Assembly: GCA_965220625.1 (NCBI GenBank)
Contig: CBDCQN010000002.1
Location: 278,622-342,621 of the forward strand
Direction: 5' to 3'
DNA: 64,000 nt
Source of the DNA: Dehalococcoidia bacterium
Lineage (GTDB): Bacteria; Chloroflexota; Dehalococcoidia; Lucifugimonadales; UBA3495
How positions within the stretch are numbered: the stretch's first letter is position 1; the number at the start of each line of letters is the position of its first letter. A program made the position numbers and the translations under genes. The notes beneath the pieces were generated by a model that worked only from the letters and a program-made list of their open reading frames with translations, ran no database searches and had not been told where the DNA came from. Positions 31,737 to 41,960 of the stretch are shown here, piece by piece.

Positions 31737-32168
31737 TCAACTTTGCCGGGTGCTGTCCGCCAGTTGTCTTAGTTGTGCAGTGTTCATGATGGGGATACTC
31801 GACCTTTCGTGTAGAACCATGATGTCCTGGTCTCTTGATATGAGGGCGTCGGCTCGTGCACGGTGGGCTGCGTCTATGAAAATCTGGTCGGTTTCGTCCC
31901 TGCAGATCGGTGTTCCTTCCGGCCTTAGCCCCTCACTTATTCTTTCACAATGCCTGATGTATGAATCTGCCAGGTCATTGGCTTGTTCTTCTGTGAGGTC
32001 GAACTTGGGCCTTCTGAGTACCTCTCTCAGTTGGGCCTCGGTGCTGCCGGAGCAGATTGGGATTATCAGTCCCTTAGTCCAGTATTCCTCGATCCAGTCG
32101 TCGTTGCTCTTTCTCGTCAGGGGCATTATCACTATGTTGGTGTCCAGGATCACTCTGGGCGCGGCCAT
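31737..32168 (-). CDS. PIN-domain toxin
   Basis: VILDTNI...CRDETDQIFIDAA...LISRDQD. Confidence 0.88.
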   Translation of the reverse strand: MAAPRVILDTNIVIMPLTRKSNDDWIEEYWTKGLIIPICSGSTEAQLREVLRRPKFDLTEEQANDLADSYIRHCERISEGLRPEGTPICRDETDQIFIDAAHRARADALISRDQDIMVLHERSSIPIMNTAQLRQLADSTRQS

Positions 32169-32639
32169 TTACTTTCCTCTGACCTTCCTCACCTCTTCCA
32201 GGACTTCCTCTTCGCTGAGGTTCAATGCTTGGACTTTTCTCCGTGCGGCTTCCACCCGTGCTGTCCATTTCCTGACGTCTTCTGCTATTGCGGGAGCTGC
32301 TTCCCTGAGAGTTGTGGTGACTGTTTCTGGGTCTGTGCCGTGGCTCCACCGGCCGACCGGCGTCCAGTCGTCGGGGAAGTGGACTTCTAGGGAGGTCGGG
32401 TGGTCCTTTATGTATTTGCCGAGGTCATTCAGCAGTGCGACCATCCCGTAGGTTCGGCCTGTTTCTTTCTTTTCCGTTTCCCTTGCGCCGTATTCATCGG
32501 TGGCCTGTCGCAGGGCGTCGTAGACGGACCATTCGTCGCCTGCTTTGGCGGCTTTGTCGATGATGTAGGCGGCTTCTGTGATGACGGTTGAGGCGTACCG
32601 GGCGTTTGCGGCCGGGGTGCTGCTCTCTGTGGCCTGCAT
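32169..32639 (-). CDS. putative antitoxin partner of the PIN toxin
   Basis: Stop abuts the PIN start; C-terminal LSEEEVLEEVRKVR helix; GAGG RBS. Confidence 0.55.
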   Translation of the reverse strand: MQATESSTPAANARYASTVITEAAYIIDKAAKAGDEWSVYDALRQATDEYGARETEKKETGRTYGMVALLNDLGKYIKDHPTSLEVHFPDDWTPVGRWSHGTDPETVTTTLREAAPAIAEDVRKWTARVEAARRKVQALNLSEEEVLEEVRKVRGK

Positions 32640-32741
32640 GATTTTCCTCTTACTTGATTTGGGTGCCGTTGCTTGGATTGTCTGTGTTCCGGGTTCTGCC
32701 TGTCAAATTCAGGGTGAAGTGTGGCAGTGTGCCAGGTTGTG

Positions 32742-32830
32742 TGTAAACGGCGGTGGCAAATTGTTCCGTGCGGGCGGGTAATCGCTGGCCATCAACACCA
32801 TCGGCGGTGGCAGGGCATCCTCCGATTGGT
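32742..32830. mobile_element. isolated IS21-family end
   Basis: TGTAAACGGCGGTGGCAAATTGTTCCGTGCGGGCGGGTAATC closely resembles the end at 14318. Confidence 0.75.
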
Positions 32831-33073
32831 GTGCTGGGACATTGTCCAGCGGCGCGGAGGTGCTTTTGTCCTCAGGGGAGTGTGTGTGCCGGTTGGCAGG
32901 CCGTCCTCCAGCCTTGGGACCGACATGATAGAGAAGCTCGGCGACGCCGGGCATCGTTCTTTGCTGGGTCAGTCGGTGCTTGGATTCGCAGCTCCGGCTT
33001 TTTCAGCGTAGCGACACCGGTAAAGTTTTTTGGTATCGGTTCAAGTTCCTAGAATCTTTGGCCTTACCTTTCC

Positions 33074-33577
33074 CTACAGGCTGCTGACGTATCCAGTGGG
33101 CGGGCTAATAGTGTCAACATGAGCGGCCTGCTCCGCTTGTTCCCCCGCTCTTCTGGCGGCTGCGGACCCCCTGTTGCTTTGCCGATCTTTTTCGGCGCAT
33201 TTCTCGCAACGGACCCGGCCAGGCATAGCTGGTTCGGGGCAAGAGGTACACTTTCCCTTCTTTTTGGCGATTCGCCGTTCCTTTCGCAGGGACTGACGGT
33301 TCCCCCCTTTGCGTTCAGGAGTTTGATTCCTCTTCCGGTCGTATTCCTTGCGTTCCTCTGGTGTGTGTTTGGCCCGAGGCTGCTTGACAGCAGATTGGTT
33401 ATCGGTGGGTTTGTCCTTTAGGACAGTATGCTTGGAGCGTTGGGCCTTCGCCGATTTCGGTTTCTTCGTCCCAGCCGGTGTGGCTGGCTTTGGGGTTAAC
33501 TGGACTCTGCGTGACCGACAGAAGGAAGCTGTGCTGGAGAATAATTCTTTTAGAGTACTGTGCGGGGCCATAGTCAT
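33074..33577 (-). CDS. basic zinc-finger hypothetical protein or fragment
   Basis: GKCTSC...RVRCEKC; start uncertain. Confidence 0.4.
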   Translation of the reverse strand: MTMAPHSTLKELFSSTASFCRSRRVQLTPKPATPAGTKKPKSAKAQRSKHTVLKDKPTDNQSAVKQPRAKHTPEERKEYDRKRNQTPERKGGNRQSLRKERRIAKKKGKCTSCPEPAMPGRVRCEKCAEKDRQSNRGSAAARRAGEQAEQAAHVDTISPPTGYVSSL

Positions 33578-33807
33578 GGATTTGCGTTGCGCTTCCGTTC
33601 GAGCCGTTGGTGTCCCGAGGCGCTGATGCCATAGGGTGGGACCTCGCTGGGTGGAATAATCTAGCCCGAGGAGATTATACCCGCCTCGGCGCGGTCGATG
33701 GTGAGACCGTATCCTTGGCGGATGCCGGGACCTGCTTGGCGGCCCGTTGGGTGTACAGTGTTCAGGTCTGGGGTATTTCTGGGGCGCCGGGCCGGGCCCC
33801 CAGCCCA

Positions 33808-34848
33808 TCAGGGCCTGCCCTCCGGGGTGGATTGCGGTGGTGGACAGGGGGTTAGGTCAGCCACTTCAGCGCCTCGCCTGCGGCCTCGCCCAAGGTAGAT
33901 GAACATGCCGTCGATCCAAAAGATGTCTATTCCAGCGGCTTCGCTGTGACCCCATATCAGGTCCTCTTTGGGCCTGTGGAGCGGTATCGGTTCGTATGCG
34001 CCGTTCCGGAGCCTGTCTCCGGCAAGCGGCGCGCCGTAGATCTGCCCTCCGGTGGGGTCCACGCGCCAGTATTCGGTGATGCCGATGTTCTCGTAGAGTT
34101 TCCGCTTCGTGGTCAGGTCCTCCCGAGCCTTCCGCGGGGACGCCAGTTCCAGGGCGAAGTCGGGGGGCTTCCCAATCGCCCAGATCAGGTAGGGTCCGGT
34201 GGCCTTTATCCCAGGGCCCGGCACGCCCTTGGCGAAGTAGTAGTCAGGACTGACCCGGATGTTCGGGTCAGACTCGTCGTAGCAGATATAGCGGCGGGCG
34301 CCGTGGACGGTCTCTTCGGTCGGGTGTATTTCCTCTAGCAGCTTTATCAGGCTGATGCACATGTGGGTTAGCGCTTCTTCGTCCACACAGGTGTCGGGGT
34401 GCGGGGATCGCTTGTGCGGGTCATAGTCCAGCAACCCGATGTCGATCCAGGTCTGGCCCTCGTAGGTGGGCAGCAACGCCGGCGGCACCGGTTCGGTCTC
34501 GTCCCTCCACTCCTTGAGTTTGGCTTTCAGCCTGAGCAGTGCTGCGGCCGTGGCAATGGGGTCTTCGGTCGCGGCAAGCGGCGGCGGGTTTCCCGGGCGC
34601 GGTGCGGTCCCTTCCTGGGCCGCGGCGGCCCTGGCCAAGAGGGTGAGGTTGAAGAGGTCTCTGAAGTGCCACCAATGTGGCGGCTCGTGGGGGTCCTGCT
34701 TCATAAAGCGTGCGGCAATCACGCCCCGGTCCTGTCTCTCCAGCTGGGCAATGGTGTCCAGGGCCTCTCCGGCGTCGGCCGGGGTGAACTGGATATGACG
34801 GAGGTTCACTTTGGGCATTTGCTTATTCGTCCCGTCCGCTTGGTGCAT
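33808..34848 (-). CDS. Uma2-family PD-(D/E)XK endonuclease with N-terminal extension
   Basis: VSPDYY...GKPPDFALELASP...KRKLYENIGITEYWRVDPTG. Confidence 0.88.
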   Translation of the reverse strand: MHQADGTNKQMPKVNLRHIQFTPADAGEALDTIAQLERQDRGVIAARFMKQDPHEPPHWWHFRDLFNLTLLARAAAAQEGTAPRPGNPPPLAATEDPIATAAALLRLKAKLKEWRDETEPVPPALLPTYEGQTWIDIGLLDYDPHKRSPHPDTCVDEEALTHMCISLIKLLEEIHPTEETVHGARRYICYDESDPNIRVSPDYYFAKGVPGPGIKATGPYLIWAIGKPPDFALELASPRKAREDLTTKRKLYENIGITEYWRVDPTGGQIYGAPLAGDRLRNGAYEPIPLHRPKEDLIWGHSEAAGIDIFWIDGMFIYLGRGRRRGAEVADLTPCPPPQSTPEGRP

Positions 34849-34975
34849 TCCGCCGGGGTTGGAGTATCCTTCCGGAGTCCCGTGAAGATCAGTTTCTGAG
34901 TCTGGTGATCAACGACAATTAGATCTGCCGGGTTACGCAGGTTATTCTTGCCGGCGCATTGCCTCAGCCAAATTC

Positions 34976-35520
34976 TTATCCGAGCATCGTGAGCTGCCCG
35001 CTCAGAGTCTTCTGGGACATGGCTTCTCTTAATGTTTTCCCAAGCTTGTTCTTGCTGCCAAAAATAAGGTGGTGGAGTGGCGTGTTGTTTGAGTTCGTAA
35101 CGGGTCTGTCATCGGCGGTGTGCTCGTAGCCGATCTTTCGCAATTCGTCCTCATAGTGGTCCAGCAGGGTGCGGGTATCCGGAATTCCCTGCGCCTTCGT
35201 TTTGAAGAACTTCCGGTGATCCATGGGCAGGTTCAGAAACGAGTCCAGGGCCGGAGACTCATACCTCCAATTTCTCTTCACGTATCCGATATTGAAATTT
35301 ATCAGTATGTCCAGCCGGCGGCCCCTGGTCAGTCTCTTGAGGCCCTCAAACGGGAAGTCCCAAGCCCAGGGGTCAAGGAAAGCGAGCCCAAGCGATCAGT
35401 TTGGGTGTGGGAGATCCCGCAAGACCTTGTCTATGGTTTCTTCTGCTTTACCAGCATAGAAATGAAGCCGTTTCCCCGAGCAATCGATTCCGGTTACTCG
35501 CTCTCTCAAGACATCGATGG
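34976..35520 (-). pseudogene. three-Cys-motif partner (TcmP)-like pseudogene
   Basis: LAFLDPWAWDFPFEGLKRL...DILINF...PLHHLIFGSKNKLG; upstream stops. Confidence 0.7.
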
Positions 35521-35615
35521 ATGGCTCATCTGCATCCGCGAAGTAATATGGCCTGACGTTGTGGCGAGAGGGGGTGGTGTCGCTGGTTGTGCGTGGCCGT
35601 TTGGCCTGGTCTTGC

Positions 35616-35972
35616 TCAGGCTTTTGCGTTCTCGCTGAACTTGGGGTCGGGATGAAAGCCCTTCATGGGCAGTTCCGGCGATTCTGCCAGCGGGGTACTC
35701 TGGAGCTCGAGCACCAGTTCGTTGGAGTCTCCGGTCGCTTTCGCGGAGTACCACTCCTTGCGGCTCCCAGCGAGCATGAGGCCTCTGAGGTCGATGCGTC
35801 CTGCCTTGAAATCCGAGAGGCTTCTCTGGTCCACCGGCACTGCCATGTATTCGCATTCTTTGTGGCTGTCACCGGTGTGGCTGACGATGTAGGTTTGTCC
35901 CTGCCGGTCCCTGGCCTGGAAAAGCAGTTCGCAGTCGTAGAAGAGGAGAGTTTCCTCGTGATTGATATTCAT
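35616..35972 (-). CDS. DUF6575-like protein
   Basis: ETLLFYDCELLFQARD..G..Y...YMAVPV....L..F..GRIDLR; ATGA-coupled to the upstream ORF. Confidence 0.65.
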   Translation of the reverse strand: MNINHEETLLFYDCELLFQARDRQGQTYIVSHTGDSHKECEYMAVPVDQRSLSDFKAGRIDLRGLMLAGSRKEWYSAKATGDSNELVLELQSTPLAESPELPMKGFHPDPKFSENAKA

Positions 35973-36355
35973 CTGAGCGTCCTGCACTCTTCTGATGGCC
36001 TGAATTCCCTCCTTGGCCACCAAGCCTGGTGCCCGTTGGCTTCCACGGGGTTCAGCTTGCCCATCCTTGGCGACAATGTCAACATTCCGACGGCCTGCCA
36101 TCGCTGGTCCCTGTTGTAGTGGCTGTCGAGCAGGTTTCTGGCTGCTGGCAGGCTGGTTGTTAGCGATATTCCGTGCTGTTCACAGGGGGTTCTTCGCAGT
36201 CTCGGGTTCGGGGCGCCCCTTTGTCGGGCGTAGGAGTCGAAGTCTGCCTCCTCTGCGCTCGGGTTCCTCAGCAGCCGGTATCTGATTGTTGCTTCCGTGA
36301 TTTCCCGTGCTGATTCCGGCGGGCAGCCTGGTGGCAGTTCTTCCCTGTATTCCAA
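35969..36355 (-). CDS. hypothetical protein, possible ART-like fold
   Basis: LPPGCPP...YRL...DFDS...C..HGIS...GHQAWWP; AGGAG RBS. Confidence 0.6.
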   Translation of the reverse strand: MEYREELPPGCPPESAREITEATIRYRLLRNPSAEEADFDSYARQRGAPNPRLRRTPCEQHGISLTTSLPAARNLLDSHYNRDQRWQAVGMLTLSPRMGKLNPVEANGHQAWWPRREFRPSEECRTLR

Positions 36356-36636
36356 TTCGGGCTTTTCTCCTCGCTCTGCGGCGTGAGTTCCTCTGACGCC
36401 TGCCGGTTATTCAGGAAGCGGGGTGCTGCGGCTTCTGATGGCAATGAGCAATTCGCCTGTTCTCCTTGAGGGATTGGCGGTGGTGGCCGGAGCGTGTCTA
36501 TTGTACCGTGGAGTTAGGACGTTTGATCAGGAAATTTGGTGGCTCATATCTCTTCGTTTCCTGGGGACGGCGGGGAGGCAGGAAGCTCCTGCCCCCGGTG
36601 CAGGTGTATCGTCCAGCGTACGGACTCCGGTAAGAA

Positions 36637-36793
36637 TCACCTACCTGTGTCGTGTTCCCACACGTCCGGTTTCCGCCGGATGAACTCCCGAAGCAGTTCT
36701 TTGGGTTCGTCCAGGTCCAGGTCAAGAACCTCGACTCCGTTCCTTTGTAGAAGGCCCCGTCCGTTTCCTTCGGGGAAATTCTCGGACTCTCCG
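36637..36793 (-). pseudogene. 3' fragment of a second cytosine deaminase
   Basis: GESENFPEGNGRGLLQRNGVEVLDLDLDEPKELLREFIRRKPDVWEHDTGR*. Confidence 0.7.
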
Positions 36794-37041
36794 TCGGCGT
36801 TGACACAACAACTGGCTCACACTGATTCTTGTATCAAGAGTTGTCTGGCGCTGCGTCGGTATGCTACTCCCATCGTCGTCGCACGTTCCTTTTGGTCGTT
36901 GTCTTCGTGCTATGTAGAGGCCCCAGCATCCTAGCGGTGCCGGGGCTTACGCCCGCTGCCTGGCTGTGTTCCCTTGTAGATTTCCCACATTCTCGGCGGT
37001 GGCGGTCTCGATGCTGCCACGGGTTCACAGTTCGAGACGGT

Positions 37042-37563
37042 TCACGGCCATGTCTGAACACTGTACGTTCCCCGGACGGGTTGCTTGGGTGAGCCATCCC
37101 CGTTTTTCCCAAGGCAATAAAGCTGTTTGCCTGATCGCTTCAGCAACTCCGCGACGTGCGCGGCTCTTTCATCGAACATACGATTGTCTGCTACTTTTCC
37201 CCAGGCGAACACGGCCCTATCCGCGTCCTCGACGGTTTCAGCTATGACCCGATCATTTTCCGGTCATACGGCACTGATGCCATGATTCCGGATCACCTTC
37301 AGCAGGTCTACCTTGTCCGAGGACCGATAGGCAAAGAGGTTTACCTCGGTCATTGCCTTATACACCTCGCTCTTCGCGAACTTGACACAGCGCCGTCTCG
37401 TACGATTGCCGACCGTCAAGTCGGGCTCCTTTCGAATTGACGCCGGGTTGAACTTGATGAAAACCAAGGTGCCGTGGTTGTACTCGGTATCTTGGTCTGT
37501 GAATTCGGCTCTCAGCCTGTACCGATAGCTTCCAAACTGCTCGGGATACCTTGTGATGTTCAT
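37042..37563 (-). pseudogene. DUF1643-family pseudogene with an in-frame TGA at 37264
   Basis: YRYRL...FIKFNPAS...VNLFAYRS...*PENDRVI...VFAWG...LYCLGKNGDGSPKQP. Confidence 0.8.
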
Positions 37564-38149
37564 GTTCTCCCTAAGAGCTCAGGAATCTCTTGGTCTGCCG
37601 AGGGTAGTCGGTCCCGTTTCCTTAAGGCGCCAGAGCCTTGGATTATTCTCGTTGCGTCGGCTCTGGTGTCCCTTATTAGTCCGTTGTCGCCGTATGACCG
37701 GCAATGTCTTGTCGCTTGGCGTCGCTGCGCCTGCGGGACTCCCGGTGTCTCTCTGCGCATGAGGGGAAGCGAGTCTCGCCGGTTATGACTGTGTTGGAGC
37801 TGTCCTGTCTTGGTATGTGCGTTGGTCTTTTCCGGGCTTTGCTGCCTTCTTGGTTTTGGTGGTTCGGGCAGGAGTTTTCTTGCTGGGCCTTCGGTTCTTG
37901 CGCTTGGATGGGGGCCTGCCACCCGAGTTTTGCGGTTTCGGCAGTTTGAAGGTGAACTCGAAAGTACCACCTATCGTCCGTGTGTGCGGGGCTTCTATTC
38001 CGTAGATGGTACGGTGTTGTACCGAGCGGGGTTGATCCCCGGTTCTCCGGAGTCTGAGTACCTGAGTACCTCCTTCTTGTCCCCGTCCCAGACTGCGAAC
38101 AGGTGCGGGTCGTCCAGCGTCAGGTGCCCGGGTTTTCCCCGTCCATCAC

Positions 38150-38330
38150 GTCAACTACCTTTGCCGGAAACGCATTGCCTCAACAAATACGTTACCCACG
38201 CTGAGTAGTGGCCTCAAATAAAAGCAATCGTCTGGAATGTCAAGACATGATGATAGCTGGGTCCCAGCGCTCGCCATTTTTCACCATGATGTTGAGAATG
38301 ATCAGGAGTTTCCGCATACACGCAGTTAGG
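38150..38330. mobile_element. ISNCY end interrupted by an IS110 3' remnant
   Basis: 38150-38222 matches the 13370-13434 end; 38223-38330 on the minus strand reads CMRKLLIILNIMVKNGERW* then TTGACA...GATTGCT. Confidence 0.7.
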
Positions 38331-38529
38331 CTACCGGGCTACCGCTCATCACACCGGCAGGTGCCCATTGCTGGAAATATTGGAGCCTGATCGCATCAGT
38401 TGGCTCTGCCAACCGATGGTTTATCGATAGCAAATTTGATATATTGCCGGGAAGTCGACCATTCGCCGGAATCGACACGGTCGAGAAGGGCTGGACACAC
38501 AAATTCAGGATCGGGGGCTGCATAAGCGC

Positions 38530-38853
38530 ATGTACGTCATCAGAAGAGTTGCCAAGACTCAACCGGGAAAGGGTTGGGAGGTAGCGGCCTATCTTACGAA
38601 GATCACCCAGGCATACGAGGGGGCCGGGCGCAACAAGGCCCAGGTGTACGTTGGTGGTGAGAGTGTCCCGGGGGAGCCTGACGTGGTATATGCCCAGTGG
38701 ATTCAGGAGCGAATCGAGCCTACCGAATTTGCGACGGTGCCGGAGGCTGTCGAAGTTAACCATGAGAAGATGGCTCCAATGTTGACTGATTACAACATTG
38801 AATTTTACGAGCTGGTTACGCCGGAGAAGTTGGAGGAAAGGGGGCTAGGCTAG
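38530..38853 (+). CDS. small dimeric alpha/beta-barrel-like hypothetical protein
   Basis: YVIRRVAKTQPGKGWEVA...IEFYELV. Confidence 0.7.
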   Translation: MYVIRRVAKTQPGKGWEVAAYLTKITQAYEGAGRNKAQVYVGGESVPGEPDVVYAQWIQERIEPTEFATVPEAVEVNHEKMAPMLTDYNIEFYELVTPEKLEERGLG

Positions 38854-39192
38854 AGTCCCTTCCACAATTACGGGTCTAACGCCGACCGCGTCCCGGCAGT
38901 CCCGCTGGTCTCCAAGCCGAATTCACTGCCGGACAATCTCAGCCCGGTGGTCGGCCAAGGCTTGGAATACTTGAGCGTCGTGGTCCGGGACGTTCCCGTC
39001 GTGGCGAAAATCCTCAGATAAATACGGCGTTTTTTACTACACCAGGGAGCCTGAGTTGGTGGGGGACTACGGGTCGTTTTTAATTTCTACAGCCTACTCG
39101 ACAATCAAATTGCCGCTGGTGGCGATTTCTAACCACCAGCGGTAATCTCAAGCCTGTGACTGAGAACCAATCAGCAGCGAATTCCGGAGTAT

Positions 39193-40362
39193 CTAGTCGG
39201 CAGTGGCGGCTGCTTTACCCTCGGACTTCTTGAACTCCGGGATAACGTACTTGCCGAAGAGTTCCAGGGACTTCATTACCTTCTCGTGAGGGATGGACTC
39301 CGTCTGCATCATGATCATCATCTGGTCGCAGCCCGCCTCCTCGTGGAGCTTGAGCGCTGCGATGCAGCTATCAGGGTCGCCGCCGATGACCACGCCTCGG
39401 TCGCACAAAGTGTCGGCGTCCAACTGGTTCCAGATGGCATAGGTCAGGGCGCCACCGCCAGACAGGTCCACTACCTCTTCCTCTTGGCTTCCCAAGTCCA
39501 CGTACCGCCGGAAGTTCTGGTTGAGGTGATCGGGGACTCCGCCCCAGTTTTCCAGCAATTTGGCGTAAATGTCCTTCTGGTCCTGAACGTAGGGCCTGCC
39601 CGGCCCGAAGAAGGTCTTGATAGACTGCACCGCCAGCTCGCGGGCCTCTCTGTTGTCTTCGCCGCAAATGCCCAGGGTCGAGCTACACCACTGGTCGTTC
39701 ACAACGGCACCCACCGGATTGGCGCTGCGTACTCGCTCGCGGTACTCATCGATGTGCGGCTTCAACACATCGGGCGCGCTGGCGCCGAAAGAGAGCACGC
39801 CGATGCCTTTCTCGGCGGCCAACTGATAGGTGGAAGGCTGAAGGGCGGCCACCCACAGCGGGGGATGCGGCTGCTGGTAAGGCTTGGGCAACACCTGTCG
39901 GGGCGGGACGTTCCAGAAGCGGCCTTCCCATTCAAACATGTCAGATTCCCAGATCTTGGGAATCATGGACAGGGACTCTTCCCACATATCCCGGGTGTCG
40001 CGAGGATCTATCCCCATACCGAGCTGCTCGTAGGGAGCGGACCGGCCGGTGCCCAGGTCTACCCGGCCGTGAGAAAGGTGGTCCAGCATAGCAACCCGCT
40101 CGGCCACGCGGACAGGATGGTGATAGGGCAGGATAACCACGCCGAACCCCAGCCTGATTTGCTTGGTCAGCCTGCTTAGCGCACCGTAGAATACCTCCGG
40201 CGACGGCGACGCAGAAAACCCCGTCAAGAAGTGATGCTCCACGAACCATAGGTAGTCGAAGCCCACCTCATCGGCCAGAATACACTGCTCCAGTGTCTCT
40301 TCAATGACCCGATGGTCATCCAGGCTAGGTCTCTGCATCTCGTACTGTACGGATAGTTTCAT
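39193..40362 (-). CDS. LLM-class flavin-dependent oxidoreductase
   Basis: WFVEHHF, HPVRVAERVAMLDHLSHGR and PKPYQQPHPP motifs. Confidence 0.95.
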   Translation of the reverse strand: MKLSVQYEMQRPSLDDHRVIEETLEQCILADEVGFDYLWFVEHHFLTGFSASPSPEVFYGALSRLTKQIRLGFGVVILPYHHPVRVAERVAMLDHLSHGRVDLGTGRSAPYEQLGMGIDPRDTRDMWEESLSMIPKIWESDMFEWEGRFWNVPPRQVLPKPYQQPHPPLWVAALQPSTYQLAAEKGIGVLSFGASAPDVLKPHIDEYRERVRSANPVGAVVNDQWCSSTLGICGEDNREARELAVQSIKTFFGPGRPYVQDQKDIYAKLLENWGGVPDHLNQNFRRYVDLGSQEEEVVDLSGGGALTYAIWNQLDADTLCDRGVVIGGDPDSCIAALKLHEEAGCDQMMIMMQTESIPHEKVMKSLELFGKYVIPEFKKSEGKAAATAD

Positions 40363-40656
40363 TTTATGCTCCGTTTAACATTCTCCGAATTTTTCCGGGC
40401 TGTATCGCCCAGTTCAAGTCCGCCAGTGCCTTAGTCTGCTGCTTCAGTGTAGTCAGATCCGGTGTAGCCAGACCCGGCAACAGCTTCAGGAGCAATCCCT
40501 GCTCATCAATAATAACACCAGTTAATGCTAAAGACCCTTAACCCAACTTCCCTCATGTGGAGGTGTGTCGGCGGGCCGCCTAGCAGGGATTTCCGTCCCT
40601 ACGAGATCGCATCAACTCCGCCTGAAGACGAAGAGGCGACCTCGGGCCGCTTCGGT

Positions 40657-41960
40657 CTACGACACCGGTGGCCGGTGGCCGAACCAGGGCGGGGCTTGCT
40701 CGAAGGCCGCTGACGCTTGCAGCACTTTGGCTTCGGCGCCTCGCGGCCCAATGAGATGCAGCCCGATTGGCATGCCGTCGCTAGAGAAGCCGGAAGGCAC
40801 GCTGGAAGCAGTCTGGCCGGTCATGTTGATGGGAAAGGTGAAGGGCAGGCATCCCCAGAATGGGTCCACCTCCTTACCTCCGATTACCGAGGGGGCTCGC
40901 CGATGGGGAACGCCGGCACCGCCATGGTAAGAGTCAGCAACAGATCGTACTCGTCAAAGAAAACCTCCATCTGACGCCGTAGCTGGTCCACTCGCAGCAG
41001 CGCCCTGGCCACGTCGCCACCGGAGACCGATGCGCCGTACTCCAGGATGCGTAGCCCATAGTCGGTAAAGTCGTTGCGTCGTTCCTCCAGCATGTGTCCA
41101 TAGGAAGCATATGCAGAGTTGGTGAACAACTCCCAGAAGGGAGGCCAAGGGTCATCATAAACCAGATTGGGCGCATCGACTTGCGCCCCCAGTTCCTGGA
41201 AAAACTTTGCTGCTCCTTCGGTAACCGCACCACTTCCGGGTCCACCGGGGCGTACCCCAGGTCCGGGCTCCAGGCGGTTCGCCAACCGCTGACACCTCCC
41301 TTCAGGCCGGCCCTGTAGTCGGCGGGTGCTTCCCGAATGCAAGTCACGTCCCGCCGGTCGGGTCCGGCCAACACCTTTAGAAAAAGCGCGGAGTCTTCCA
41401 CCGTATGCGACATAGGCCCAGACTGGGAAAAGTAGTTGGCCGAGGGGCGGCCGTAGCCGCCGTAACGGGGCAGCCTCCCCTGGGTAGGCTTGATGCCGAA
41501 CAAGCCGCTGAAGCTGGAAGGTATGCGAATGGAGCCGCCGCCGTCGCTGCCCGTGGACAGCGTACACAACCCTGCCGCCAGCGCGGCCGCCGCGCCCCCG
41601 CTGGAGCCGCCGGGGGTCCGCTCGATATTCCAGGGATTACGGCAGGCATCGCCCAGCTTGTTCTCGGTAGGAGGGGTAATGCCGAACTCCGGGGCATTGG
41701 TTTAGCCCAGTACGATTGCCCCGGCCTGGCGGACCCGCTCCACTACAATCGAGTCCATTTCAGTGGCGCGGTCCCGGAAGACCGCCGAACCCATGGTGGT
41801 GTTCATGTCTTTGGTTGCTTCCAGGTCCTTTATGGAGATCGGGATTCCGTGCAGCGGGCCCAGCGTATCGCCCCGGTCCACCGCTTCCTGGGCAACGCGA
41901 GCATCGGCCAGAGCCGGATCGGGTCACATCGCCAGATAGGCGTTCAGTTTGGGATCCTTG
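40657..41960 (-). pseudogene. amidase-signature (GatA-like) pseudogene, 5' end displaced by an IS fragment
   Basis: GGSSGG...GSDGGGSIRIPSS; several frameshifts. Confidence 0.88.

Noticed and set aside
37264-37266. In-frame TGA codons here and near 17033 as selenocysteine or recoding
   Set aside because: This TGA falls where a Gly is expected, the deaminase also has a frameshift, and TGA is a normal stop elsewhere in the window.
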